64,000 nucleotides of DNA from the NCBI GenBank assembly GCA_002633005.1, contig NMRA01000294.1, positions 116,948 through 180,947 on the forward strand. Direction: 5' to 3'. This DNA comes from Phoronis australis (Eukaryota; Animalia; Phoronida). The position numbers and the translations under genes were made by a program. Under the pieces are notes generated by a model. That model did not search any database, was not told the DNA's origin, and saw nothing but the letters and a program-made list of their open reading frames with translations. The first letter of the stretch is position 1. Every line of letters starts with the position of its first letter. Shown piece by piece: positions 13,960 to 27,039 of this stretch.

Positions 13960-15377
13960 CTGCGAGAAAAAAGTTGTTTGAATAAAATAAAAATGCAGTC
14001 TACGAGTCTAAATCCATCTCAAGGATATGTCTCTAATGTGATAAAGTCCACAGTTACGCTACTGCAAAATGCCCATATTCGTGTACGTGCAGTCTAATTG
14101 CAAAAGGGGCCCCATGCACCCAATGGTTATATTAAATCTATGAACTACATTATTGAAATCCTCACGTTATTTACTTAACAATTTGTGTTCTTCTCACGAC
14201 GAAACTTTATCTGTCGCGATTCTTTTTTCCAACATGACAAGCTTGAAAATCATTGGGCCAGAAATATCTGATATCGCTGGAGACTATTAAACCAGCAGAC
14301 CAATAAGTTTTTATAGGACCATACTGACAAATCTGTGTATTTTGTCAAATATCTGCAAAGCTATACATTTTAGCCAAGTGAAATTAATATTTTCTGAAAG
14401 TAGAGTGACTGTAGATTGTGGTGCCTGACTTTTTATCTATTGGGTCACGTGACCATGTTTTTTTCAGTAACAATTAGGAAAAACAAAAGTACAGCGATAG
14501 AAAAACTGCGATGTCAATAACATGGTCCAATTTCATTTAATATCATTACTGCTTCATATAACTGTTCAAGTTTGGATCTCAAAAAGATTGTAACAGTTTT
14601 ATAAAATATCATCTCATTTTCGTTTTGCGCAAATTTAAATCTGTATAATTACAAACAGAACACAGTTATGTTTTGATAGCCTCCCACGCAAAATTGGAAC
14701 ATTCTAAAAACAACTCCTGGCAGATTTTGTAAACTATAGATACAACATACAGTAGTATCCGAAAAAAATCATATGCATTCCATAAACCATTTCTGCGATA
14801 TGATATACCGAAGTTAGGCAAACTTCAGTGGACACTTTTTTCTATAGGGTCCTACATGTATGTGGTTTCAAGTGTAGGTCTATGTGCGACAAATACACTT
14901 GATGGGGAAGCTTTGTGATAAAAGATGAACTTGCACAGTTCTTACGACAGATCAAGTCTCTCCGTCAGCTTTACTATNATTTACGTGTGTGATGTACAGT
15001 AGTAATCAAAATAAACTGGACAGATTTCGACACCAATCTGCCTGACTTCATCAAACTTTGGTGAACTTGTTGAATTTCTGTTGCAGGCAGTAAGACTTTC
15101 GCGTGACGTCATTGTGCTTAGCCGCTAGTTTCTTATTTTTATGAATAGCCTCGAGTTAGAGGTGGCAATTTCGAAGAAAAATGTTTGAAGCGGTACTTGT
15201 CGAGATTTTGCCGGGATTTAGCCAAGATTGAAAAGAATTCCAGACGAAATGAACTGATGTCGTGTGGTGCGGTTTAGTGCGTCGATACTTTGGCGAAATT
15301 TGACATAGTCCACTACTTTTGAAAACTTCTGTAGCATTTCGCTTCCACGTTCATCAACCTTATCAACGAATACTTAC

Positions 15378-15578
15378 TATATTTTGCGCTGGTACCATAT
15401 GCCAGCTTGGCGTCGTGTAGTGAACCGCAAGTCTGCTGCTCTTGTAGCCAGTATGTACACGTGCTACACCTTTGTCTGTAAGCATTTCCTGCCGCGCATT
15501 GATAGAAGTAGGAAACGTCAAACGGGTCTTCATAGTACATTCAACCTTGACGCACGGTCAAACAATGATTACACCAAC
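15378..15578 (-). pseudogene. Second copy of the ChtBD2 exon with a premature stop (CGA to TGA at 15543-15541)
   Basis: Near-identical to 13759-13959 with the same splice sites, but reads CAA GGT TGA ATG. It lies in the duplicated block after the single N at 14978. Confidence 0.7.
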
Positions 15579-16596
15579 CTGCGAGAAAAAAGTTGTTTGA
15601 ATAAAATAAAAATGCAGTCTACGAGTCTAAACCCATCTCAAGGATATGTCTCTAATGTGATAAAGTCCACAGTTACGCTACTGCAAAATGCCCATATTCG
15701 TGTACGTGCAGTCTAATTGCAAAAGGGGCCCCATACACCCAATGGTTATATTAAATCTATGAACTACATTATTGAAATCCTCACGTTATTTACTTAACAA
15801 TTTATGTTCTTCTCACGACGAAACTTTATCTGTCGCGATTCTTTTTTCCAACATGACAAGTTTGAAAATCATTGGGCCAGAAATATCTGATATCGCTGGA
15901 GACTATTAAACCAGCAGACCAATAAGTTTTTATAGGACCATACTGACAAATCTGTGTATTTTTTCAAATATCTGCAAAGCTATACATTTTAGCCAAGTGA
16001 AATTAATATTTTCTGAAAGTAGAGTGACTGTAGATTGTGGTGCCTGACTTTTTATCTATTAGGTCACGTGACCATGTTTTTTCAGTAACAATTAGGAAAA
16101 ACAAAAGTACAGCGATAGAAAAACTGCGATGTCAATAACATGGTCCAATTTTATTTAATATCATTACTGCTTCATATAACTGTTCAAGTTTGGATCTCAA
16201 AAAGATTGTAACAGTTTTATAAAATATCATCTCATTTTCGTTTTGCGCAAATTTAAATCTGCATAATTACAAACAGAACACAGTTATGTTTTGATAGCCT
16301 CCCACGCAAAATTGGAACACTCTAAAAACAACTCCTGGCAGTTTTTGTAAACTATAGATACAACATACAGTAGTATCCGAAAAAAATCATATGCATTCCA
16401 TAAACCATTTCTGCGATATGATATCCCGAAGTTAGGCAAACTTCAGTGGACACTTTTTTCTGTAGGGTCCTACATGTATGTGGTTTCAAGTGTAGGTCTA
16501 TGTGCGACAAATACACTCGATGGGGAAGCTTTGTGATAAAAGATGAACTTGCACAGTTCTTACGACAGATCAAGTCTCTCCGTCAGCTTTACTATT

Positions 16597-17047
16597 ACAG
16601 TGCTTACATGTGACCTGCACTATATTACTATTCAACATATCCATCACTTCTAGTTATTGTAACAGTGCTTAAATGTGACCTGCACTATATACTATTCAAC
16701 ATATCCATCACTTCTAATTATTGTAACAGTGCTTATATGTGACCTGCACTATATACCATTCAACATATCCATCACTTCTAGTTATTGTAACAGTGCTTAT
16801 ATGTGACCTGCACTATATACTATTCAACATATCCATCCCTTCTAGTTATTGTAACAGTGCTTACATGTGAGCTGCACTATATACTATTCAACATATCCAT
16901 CACTTCTAGTTATTGTAACAGTGCTTATATGTGACCTGCACTATATACTATTCAACATATCCATCACTTCTAGTTATTGTAACAGTGCTTATATGTGACC
17001 TGCACTATATACTATTCAACATATCCATCTCTTCTTGTTATTGTAAC
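16597..17047. repeat. Minisatellite, 64-bp unit, about 7 copies
   Basis: acagtgcttatatgtgacctgcactatatactattcaacatatccatcacttctagttattgta repeated. Confidence 0.95.
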
Positions 17048-19054
17048 TCATCTAGTTATCCAATAACGCAATTAAGTTGAAACATAAATCAAATTTAATT
17101 TTAGTTGACTATCTTTCTTCAGAGAAATACTGTAAACATTGAAAAAAATTCGATATTCAGAATCCAACTTTAAATGCAATGTATATGGCATTTCTAACTT
17201 TTTCTTCTTTGTGTGCGCACTAGTTAAATTATAATTAGCCTGTGTTCAATGCTTTGAATTATCTTGAACAGATTCGTAAACAAATGAAAAAGTACGACTT
17301 TTAGCCGGAAGTAAAACTGTACGTGACAACTGTGTTGTTATACAATAGTTTCTATCAAAATACTGATATCGCAGAGGCACATGGGGTGGAGAGAAATTTG
17401 GCTGAGATTTCAAAAGAACGTATGAGTAAAAGTTAAGGTATTGGCTTTAAAAATTGTTTAAGCGGAATTTGACGAGTTACCAATACAGCATCAACAGAAT
17501 GGCTGTGAAATGAAAACATACTCCTTGTAGGTGTACTCATTCGACCTGCCCCATACATGTATGTGTCTTAAAATAAAAAACCTGCTCACATGAACGAGTC
17601 TTATAAGCGTATAGGCTAAAATCGATCTAAATGCTTTTATACATTTATCGTGTCAATTAGCCGTGCAGTTCATTTTTCAGCCTGCTAATGGGGTCTATGT
17701 ACCTATGTATGCAGGCTCACAGGGAACAATAGGTTTCATTTTCAAGTTGTGTTTTATGATGAGATAACCGACGGATGTTTACAAATATTAATACGTCGCA
17801 AAAGACTCTGAGGTGGTATTCTATTCCATGCAGTAAGTACGGGTTGCGGCTTTAAAACCTCAGCACGGAATTCTTCTATTCGAGGAGGAGTCCAAAAAGT
17901 GTCCACCAGAGGACGCTAGCAGCAAAAGGGGTGTTGCAGTGCGTATTCTCTAATATTAATAATGTGCACTGTGCGCATGAAATGATGGCGAAATTATTCT
18001 CTTTTCACCATTTTGGAGGCCAATAAATATCGTGCTTCATCAAAGAAGGCTTCCCTGTGAATAAGGTATATTTACAGACAAGAGTTTCGCAAGATTTGGT
18101 GATTTTCTTCACAGTTCATCAATGATTTGACACATCGCAACAATCCACAGGCCCTAATGAGGGATCACGTGATATGACTTGCAACGTAGTTAGTAAGTGA
18201 TAACTCAGTCAGCTATGTTGGAAACTGCTATAGAGTGCCACTGAATCTCAATCCCATGAAGGTTCCTTATTAACTATATCAATGGGAAAGCCTATTTACT
18301 GCCGCTTCTAAGGGTCTGTTAATTGGCTGCTGTATTCCCCTATTTCTCTTATATCCTCTGACTTTGTGAGAGCACGATGTTTCTCTGCCCTGGTGCATCC
18401 CCGCGGGCACTATGCCCGGCCCCGTGACGATTTTCCCCGATTCTTCTGTTCTTCCAGACCCAGTACAAGGTATTTTACCCCGCCTCTATTTTCGAAAACC
18501 ATTAATCAAAATGCGATTGCCTGTTATGTTTTATGAACTGAACACATGTACATGAACTTTTCAGGCGCAAACACGCGGAATGATGGGCATGGACACTTTT
18601 TCTGAAACTATTTTTGATGCCATTTTGTCTCTCAAGGGGTCATACACCTAACCTGCATTAAAATATGTTCCTTCAAACGTAAAGTGTAAACACTGAATTA
18701 AAGAGTACAGAGAAGATCGGGAAGGAGAAGAAAGGACAGGGGAACGCTGGGACGCGGAAAACAGGGCCGGGAGAACATAGGGTCGGGGTAACATACAGTA
18801 GGACCAAGGAGTACAGTTCCGGTGGAACATAGGGGCAGCGGAACATAGAGTTGGAGAACATTGGACTGGGATATCACTGGGACGAGGAACACTGAGCCAG
18901 ACAGACGTAGCGAGGTCGGAAGTAAAATAGAGACGGGGAAAAGATGCATACATGTATCCAGTTGATATAATCTCTGACAAAGACCAATGACACCAAAGAT
19001 GAAGATACCTAACTAAATTAGCTCTGCCACTGCATACATGTAAGTATTAGCTAT

Positions 19055-19305
19055 ATCATAGTCAACTGAGTATCTCTGACTAGGAGACTATCATGACCAA
19101 CTGAGTACCTCTAACTAGGAGACTATCATGACCAACTGAGCACCTCTGACTAGGAGACGCTCGTGACCAACTGAGTACCTCTGACTAGGAGACTCTCGTG
19201 ACCAACGGAGTACCTCTGACTAGGAGACTCTCGTGACCAACTGAGTACCTCTGACTAGGAGACTCTCGTGACCAACTGAGTACCTCTGACTAGCAGACTA
19301 TCATG
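19055..19305. repeat. Minisatellite, 35-bp unit, about 7 copies
   Basis: tgaccaactgagtacctctgactaggagactctcg repeated. Confidence 0.95.
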
Positions 19306-19977
19306 CCTGCATAAATTTACTAAAGCAATGATAAATATTTCAGTTGCTTCTTAATTTACTTGAACTTATGCTCTAAAATCGAGCCATTGCATTCTATTGC
19401 TTGCTTCAGAGGCATGTCTGCCAAGAATTGTACAATGAGACACTTAGCTTGCCGCAAACTCCAACTGCTGCCTGATGTTTTGGTTATTGGCCTAATTGTG
19501 TTGATCAACCAGCAGATGTAATGAGGAACATATCAGAACATTAAACAAACGACTTACGTTGTTAACTTTACATTTCTTGAGCTATTTTTTAAAATTCAAA
19601 AACCAAATCGCTTGTGCTTTTCACGAACTATTCAAATATACTATTTACAAAGTTTCAAAACGAAACTTTAGAAATACTGTTGTCGCCCCCAATGTGTTTA
19701 TGATGCTGTCTCATTTTCTGGAGAACGTTTTCATCAGCAGCACAAGACGATTTAGTTAACCACAACATGGTGTTTTTGATCCAAACCTGCAGATTATGCG
19801 GTGTGCAAACCGGTCAAGTTGCCCAATCTCGACTGGTTTGGGTGTCATCGTAGGATTCTTTTCATGTAATCCGGCTAATCTCAAGTTAATCGTAAATTTA
19901 GACGTGAAGTGAAAAGGGTCCTCGTAAATATGTCTATATTTTTACTTTTCATTCTTTTTTTCATAAACTACACTTAC

Positions 19978-20049
19978 GTAACGGGTCAAAAGTTGCTTGG
20001 TTGCAATTTTCGTCTTGCCCGGGAACACAACATTTGATGCGTGTAATAG
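19978..20049 (-). CDS. Chitin-binding protein, coding exon 2 (AITRIKCCVPGQDENCNQATFDPL)
   Basis: Acceptor catttcag|, donor C|gtaagt, 72 nt, phase 1-1, open and Cys-rich in the frame set by exon 1. Confidence 0.75.
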
Positions 20050-20654
20050 CTGAAATGACAGAGGATGGAATGTTACACGCGTCATATGGAAACGGTGTTA
20101 CGTGTGTGTTAGGGAATAAATGGGTACTGTGGACTCACTGCTTTATGTATGTTAGAGAACGAAACCAAGAGTGGGTGAAAATCAATGTAGCGATGAGAAG
20201 ATCTGTTGCACTGCGACTCCTGCATCGGCTACATGATCACAGTCAGAACAATACATTTTTCACATAATGCATGTTATGATTCTATAATCGTACACTTTGC
20301 ACTATAATTAAAGGTATTCCCGTCACTCTCTAGAACGATCGCTCAATTAATATTATTGACCTGTTTCGTTGGAAAATTAGCAAACGCAGACAGTCGATGG
20401 CCTTTGTTACCGAAACAAATCGCGTGCTATGTAAAAATAACGAGTATTTAGGAAACAGCGTGTCAGTTAACCACTTAAAAATAGCAATACACGTGAAATC
20501 ATTCAAACAATTCTTGAACTAACGATCACGCCATCACGCATCTGCATGTTTGTAACACTACGTACATCCTTTTGTCGTTCCTCCATCATTCATCGGTAGC
20601 TATCTACATGGTTTGCACACGTGCATGTATTCAACCATTTCCCGCCTGTTCATC

Positions 20655-20826
20655 TGTTCATCCATGGATCCATCCATCCATCCATCCACCCATCCACCCA
20701 TGCATTCATCCATCCANCCACCACTCCACATATCCATCCATCCATCCATCCACCCATCCACCCACCCATCCATCCCCCATCTGCCCATCCATCCTTCCAT
20801 CCATCCATCCATCCATCCATCCATCT
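20655..20826. repeat. (CCAT)n microsatellite
   Basis: Direct observation; source of the spurious HPSI/MDGW ORFs. Confidence 0.95.
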
Positions 20827-21707
20827 CTATATTTCTCTGACTGTCTTTCCGTCTCTTTTATCAGCCTTCATCCATCTACGGATTCTTTGTTGAAAATATC
20901 TGAACTTTGGATGTAAATGGTGTCTCAAAATTATTCGATACATTTTTCTTTAATTTACAAAAACAATTTAAGTGACTTCGTGACGTGAAAACGATGAGTA
21001 AAAGTTTTGTCGACAATTCAAAACTTGCGAAAGCGTTTTGTACACCAACATTTATCCGAGTTATTCTCATTTAAGATTTGCCTCATAAGTCTTAGACGCT
21101 CTGCATTTCTTAAAAACATGATCAGCTGGGCCCGGGGTCTAAGCTTTCTACTCGAAATCGAATTCGAAATTATTTTTGTCATTTTCTGTTTTACTTTTGT
21201 GCAAAATCAATATAAGTGTCTATTAGCTCGTTCTCGAATGCATTATGGTTTGTGCATGCACGAACCCAACCTAAAATACAGGGGGAGGGGTGGCTCGAAT
21301 TGTTGACAGTGTGAACCTTTTGCAAACGAAAAAAGCGCGGGACTAAAAAAGGGGTACCACGTTCAGAGCTATGGATTGTGCATTCGTGCCTTTTTAGTAG
21401 ACTTTTGTCTCGTTTTCTCGGACTTTCTGTTTACCTGAGGCGGACCTTTTTGCCCACTACGCCAAATGGAGGGCTCCTTCGAGCCCCTCGAGCCCCCCGA
21501 GTGGACACATGTTGTGTATACATGTATGTGAGTTTCGTGGCCGAGTTTGTCATTGATGAGCCCGGTGTCCGTGCTACAAATTCGACATTTCGAGTAAAAA
21601 CTCGCAATTTCGAGTTCAGTATCGAAATTTTAGCCTTAATTTTGGCGTCATCAATTGCAAACTTGGATTAAAAAATTATCCACGTAAGCCACTAATTACT
21701 CAACCAC

Positions 21708-21810
21708 AAAATACCAGGCATTTATCATGAGCTCACTCAAAATACCAGACATTTATAATGAGCTCGCACAAAAACCAGACATTTATCATGAGCTCGCACA
21801 AAATACCTGA
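21708..21810. repeat. ~31-bp tandem repeat, about 3 copies
   Basis: aaataccagacatttatcatgagctcgcaca. Confidence 0.8.
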
Positions 21811-21978
21811 CCTACACTGTATATCTTGATCTCGCACAAAATAGAATTGAAAATGACAAAAACAGTTTCGAGTTCGTTTTTGAGGAAAAATAGATTCCGG
21901 ATCCTGATTTACTAACGTTCATTAAGCTAAACTATACAATTAAGGACTGATAGTGTAAGAGTGTAATTAGATACCTAC

Positions 21979-22018
21979 CGAGGGCAGCCAGGAAACTTAC
22001 TATAGTAAGTTCTTGCAT
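21979..22018 (-). CDS. Secreted chitin-binding (ChtBD2/peritrophin-A-like) protein, first coding exon (signal peptide start MQELTIVSFLAAL)
   Basis: ATG at 22018-22016 lies in an exon with acceptor tttaaag| (exon start 22065) and phase-1 donor G|gtaggt. Joined to the next exon it gives the hydrophobic N-terminus MQELTIVSFLAALAITRIKC. Confidence 0.7.
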
Positions 22019-22410
22019 GTTATTTGATGAATACTTTGCAGAGCAATAATCGGCTGCGATTATACCTTTAAAAGGAATAGATGAAATGAAATATAACTGC
22101 AGAATTGGACTTGCACTGTGAATTTTAGTTATACCATGTCTAATTACTCTAATATTACTCATTCTATTAAGAGCGTAAATAAATAACTATTTTACGTATG
22201 GCGGCAACTGTCTTCAATGTTTGAATTAATACAACTGTGTTTCAATGGCGGTGCGTTTCCATGGATGTTCCTGCCGAAAAATGCCACAATTAAACAGTTC
22301 TTTGAACTGTTTCAAACAAAACCAGACTTTTGAGAATACAAGTCACCGTTTTTGATCATTGAGGATCTCAGTGTTCGTGTAACGACTAAACAAACTGGCT
22401 TCGCACTTAC

Positions 22411-22480
22411 CGTGCTGTCCTCAGCAAAATGAAAAGTGGCCCAATGTTCGACTCATGTAACTAAGACTCCCTTTTTATGG
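22411..22480 (-). promoter_or_regulatory. Candidate non-coding first exon and TATA-like element of the chitin-binding gene
   Basis: Strong donor ACG|gtaagtg at 22410; cataaaaa at about 22472-22479 upstream. The ATG exon has an acceptor and therefore needs an upstream exon. Confidence 0.35.
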
Positions 22481-24458
22481 TACCGCCTAACCCATTATAT
22501 GTTTATTGGCGAGACATGTGGCTGTGCCCCAGTGTAACATATGGAATTGTAAGTGCCTTTAAAAAGCACCCTTTTATTGTTCAATGTGACAGATAATTCT
22601 GTCGTAAAATTTTATTTGTCAGAAATGGAAAAATGATCGCATGTGCCCAGTTTTCAATGATTTTAAACTTTGGTTTTGGCAACCGTCTCGTTGGTGAGGA
22701 AGGTTTATACCACGTAAACATGTATTAAAACATTGTTTGACGTATCAAGACGGCGTCATTGAATATAACGTATTTTAATGATTAATGTGGTTACATTTTG
22801 CATCACGAAAACAATGTTTGACTTCAATTACTAACCGTGACATTGTGTCTTATTCAATTTGGATATCATTCAGACAAAGCAGGCTCCACAAGATGGCTTG
22901 TCATGTCGTCTTTATTATTATTATCATTGTATCATTGTAGAATTTATTTAACGAGGATAAATTATCAATATACAAAACATGCTTAGCAAGAACTAAAATA
23001 CAGCACGGTCCTCAATGTGATTAAATGAATAAGTAAATTACGTCAATAAATAAACTGAATTTGTATTAATTAAATCAGAGATGATTTCACCTTAATATGC
23101 AAGGTTATAATTTTAAGTAAATTCAAATAAAATGGAAGACAGCATGGCCTTAAAGACTAAGGAAAAATGATACTACGCACATATATTCACTTGCCTTGTT
23201 GTCTTCTTCTCACAAATTATTACTTTTCAAGCAATTAACGTACATTTCTCGGTGATCCCTCGACTCCCGGCCATTTTTGTATTCACTTGAGAAGTTCACA
23301 TATGGACTGAGCCGTGAATTGTATTATACCGTTCACACGGTGGTCCGATATTCAGTACTATATGTTTCAATTAACTCGTGGGATGCCTCACTTAAAAAAT
23401 AACGGGTAGCTAACTTGACAATGTGTTTTTGAGAGTGTGTGATTGTTTGGAATAAGAAAGTTTCAAGACAGAGAACGAGTGAAAATGCACTGTAAAACAC
23501 ATTTATGGACTCCGTGAGTTACGCTATTTAATTAGCAGTGGGTATACGTGGTTGGGTTGTTCGATGTGGACATTTCCATATCCTAAAGGACATGCGCTTG
23601 ATCGAACGGTGTAATGTACTCTTGTGTCTCTTGTCAACCGAGCAATTGTTGGTCGTGCATAACCGGCGTCATTCATGTACATGGTTCATTCTTCATCGTT
23701 ATTCTGAAACCTTGTGGTCAGTAGTTGAACAAGTTGTCTAACTAGTTAGCACAAGAATACAGTACAACCCCTAGGTTGAGAATTACATACTGCAACAAAA
23801 TCGATGAGTACAGGCCGTCTTCCATTCGCTCCATGATGTCCATGTAAAAACTACTTAGCTATTGATGTCGCGAAGCAACGCATTCGCAGTTGCGTAGAAT
23901 GTACGTCGCCCACAGCGGTTACTTCACGTGTGTGCTGGGCGTCAAGAATGACTCATGGAAATGCAAATCGTCAAACACCTTTACATCAATGCGGACCAGA
24001 CTAAAAATTTTGTGACCCTTACAGTTTTTTGATAGAGAAACCCGTTTCTGTAATGAAGGTAAGTCGATTCCATAAAATTAATGAATTCCATATATGAATT
24101 TCGCCGTCCGGGTTCTAATCCGACAGATTGGCAGCCTGATACTGAGGCCACAGCTTTCTGGTGACCTTTGTACTGTAACTGCATCTTAGCCATGAGAACC
24201 TGAAACTTGTATTTACGGAAGCGTGGACCATGATTTTAATTTGGAGTTACTGCGAACGGGGTGTTATAGTGTATGTCTCGTGAAATCAGTATTAATTTCA
24301 TGATCGAATAAAACGTGAGCAGGCGACGACCTGGTGTGGAACAATGAATTTACAATCGGGTGGCGCCCGGAGGAAAACTATACGGGAGGCCGTCAGCTGA
24401 GGGCGGGAAATCAGTGACAGCCGCAAGGAGAGAGGGAGGGGGAAGGCACGAGAGAGAA

Positions 24459-24469
24459 ATATATATATG

Positions 24470-24532
<63 letters not shown>
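24459..24532. repeat. (TA)n(TG)n microsatellite; a further (GT)n/(GCGT)n tract at 24938-24996
   Basis: Direct observation. Confidence 0.95.
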
Positions 24533-24534
<2 letters not shown>

Positions 24535-25689
24535 CATTGAAAAGTAAGCAGTTCTTGGCTTTAATTAGTTTGTACAACAAACATATTCAGCATGAGTACC
24601 TGTTTTGATACATCTGTGTCGACTTTTTGTGCCGTCTAGTCACGTAAAGTAGTCAACAAACTCGACAATTTCACTGACCGTCCTTTATAAGCATCGACCT
24701 GTGTACCTGGGTGGATGCCGGGAGTACTTTCATTGGTTTCTGTTACCTTTTCAGCTCTAGTCGTAGAACCACTTTCGACAACCTATCATTCTACATGCCA
24801 TGAGCGTTTCAACAAAACATTTTTGAGTGTTAAAATCATGATACAAGTTATTACGGAAACAAGTTAGATTTGGCCTAAATGAAAACTTTGGCCCTAAAGC
24901 AGATGTGTTTACGTAACTTTCGAAAAAGTACTCATAAGTGTGCGTGTGTGTGTGTGTGTGTGTGTGTTTGTGTGCGTGCGTGCGTGCGTGCGTGCGTAAG
25001 TATAAATACTGTTTTCCATTGTTTCTATAATAATTCACTTGTACAACATATACCTCTTGCCCAGATGCCCTTTTTTGTCACAATTCGATTTCGGAGAAGT
25101 GGGCCTACTTGTTATCTGTAGTATTTTCCTATTCCCATGAAATAAAACATAAAAAATGAAAAGTTTACCTGGTAAAAGAACCCAATCCAGTACTTCTTGT
25201 TGCAGACAGCGTACAGTTTATTTGCCCGCTTTTGGCGGACTGTCCCACTTTTTTAATCTGCTTCCGCAATCCCGCCACACCATCTAAATGCTCCACTTTT
25301 TCACAAGGCCAAATTGACATATCATAGACTATTCTTTTATTTTCCACGCGACGTAGCCATATTTTCCCGCTAGACTGTAAGAATTCCATTGGGACGTTTC
25401 ATGTATTTTGCTGCACCTGCAATTCCCAATTCAACGATAAAAACACAACAAAAACGCCGTCGGGCATTTTTGGGTGTTTCATCTCCCATTTCACACAAAA
25501 CGCTGTCGTTACGTCTATTGTGTGTTGCAGCAAACATTTCACCCGGCTCTCATCTACATGTACGTGTTGGTTCACGCCCTGAAGTCCCGCTTTGTATCCT
25601 GAAGTCCCGCTTTTCAATCCAGTATACGTGTTCCGTTTTTTGTTCTTAAATGTTGATCGACAACTATGCAAGGTGTGTTCACAATAACA

Positions 25690-26480
25690 ATGTCTTTTAA
25701 TGGAAACTGTTTCCTCCATATTTCTACTTTCTTTAGTAATATAACAATTGTAAAACTGTGTCTCAGTGTCTCTTGTTCACGGTAACAAACATTACACGTA
25801 TCAGGACCACTAACTTTTACTTTCTGACGAATACACTCTATTTCTAGACTTTTATGGGAAGCTCTAAACTGCACCCAATATGATGAGCTATCTCCAGTAC
25901 ATATCAAAGCTACTGATAGATGTTGGTCCATTTTTTATCCATCAGAAAACCTTTATCTGCAAATTTCGAATAGATAAAGGTATTTGGAGTTAGTTGTTTA
26001 TAGCATTTTTCGTAAATGTCACTGCATTCTGAATTTTTACTGAAGGATGTTATAATTGTATCAAACGTCACCAAAGGTCCAATTAATTGCAATATATTTT
26101 AATATATTTTCTTAGATTACAATTAATTCATCCAAAATTATACATCTTTTAAGATGTATAATTTTGGATGAATGACTGACTCAATTATCCACAGCAAGTG
26201 TGAGGGATCCATATTTTAAAACCTTGGTCTTTATAGGGTAAAAATATTTTGAATCATTGAAAATTTTTCTCTATTGGATTAACTAGTTATTTATATAACC
26301 TGTCTGATTCATTTTTTATGTTGCTCAGTTACTTGCTGATATTTTTTGCATTTTGTTAACACTCTTCGTTCTTAGAATTCAAACATATTTTAAAATGAGC
26401 CAGGTATGCAAGACGATAATTTCTTATGAATTAGATAATTTATCTTTTACCTTTGGTATAATCATCAAGGTCTTTCTAAT
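25690..26480 (-). mobile_element. Decayed non-LTR retrotransposon ORF2 3-prime region (L1/Tx1-like zf-RVT)
   Basis: WTNIY...YWVQFRASHKSL...DTCNVCYREQETLRHSF...W pattern with frameshifts. Confidence 0.55.
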
Positions 26481-26889
26481 GATATGACTCTTATGTAATT
26501 CACTTGAAAAATGACGCAGTTTCGTCAAGTTTTGATGACTGTAAATTCCAAAACAATTACAAACACCAGAACAAACGAATGCAAATAACTCTCACCCATG
26601 CGCAGCGCAACTTCAGAGGCTGCGAGATCGGAGATGGCATCCCAAGCATACATGTGTAGAGTTCTATGGCTTAAGTCATCACTTAGGTATAAATGTTGAA
26701 CAAGTGAAGTTCCGTGCCGACACCGGCGCACAAGTTCATCCCTTATAAGATACTAGAACTACGAAAAAAGTAAATTGAAAGCGCAAGGACTTTAAAAAAA
26801 TGTTATTCTTTGCCCATTGAAAAGAAGCCCGACTTCATCACGCTCTCTTCATTAGGCCCACAGTACACAGAAAGTTATGCGCGTCATGT

Positions 26890-27035
26890 TTTTCGTCGTG
26901 GTTATGTCTATCAGGGTGTCTTTCTCAGAATGGTTGAAGACTGGAAGAAAACCTTTGGCCGTGACCAGTTTGGTGGCATCATGCTGACATACCTACGTGT
27001 ACCCAAGGTTTTCGATGCTAAGCCTCACGCAACTG
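26890..27035 (+). mobile_element. CR1/L2-group LINE reverse transcriptase fragment, truncated at the adjacent DNA element
   Basis: FRRGY..Q.V.LRMVEDWKK....Q.GGIML.YL..PKVFDAKPH resembles the FR.GYS....L....EDW......DLSKAFD..PH RT motif. Confidence 0.6.
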
Positions 27036-27039
27036 CCTT

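Larger units (their letters stand above)
13358..16595. other. 1.6-kb near-identical tandem duplication around a single N (14978); probable unmerged haplotype overlap
   Basis: 13358-14977 versus 14979-16595 differ by scattered SNPs and small indels. The same pattern occurs at N 9258, 38931 and 63113. Confidence 0.8.

Noticed and set aside
13358-16595. Apparent tandem duplication of a symmetric chitin-binding exon (exon shuffling in action)
   Set aside because: The junction is a single N and the same signature recurs at 9258, 38931 and 63113, typical of unmerged overlapping contig ends from a heterozygous genome. Not accepted as a real duplication without read evidence.
16597-19305. Regular 64-bp and 35-bp repeats as possible CRISPR arrays
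   Set aside because: Units are contiguous with no unique spacers, there are no cas genes, and the context is a eukaryotic intron.
20572-20916. His/Pro-rich and Asp/Gly/Trp-rich ORFs
   Set aside because: Translations of the (CCAT)n microsatellite. The same applies to the (TG)n-derived ORFs at 24.3-25.1 kb and the N-gap ORFs at 32.9-33.3 kb.
22411-22456. ATG-initiated phase-1 exon with an in-frame TGA (possible selenocysteine or readthrough)
   Set aside because: The downstream ATG at 22018 already gives a clean signal peptide and no SECIS was recognised. More simply a 5-prime UTR exon or upstream ATG.
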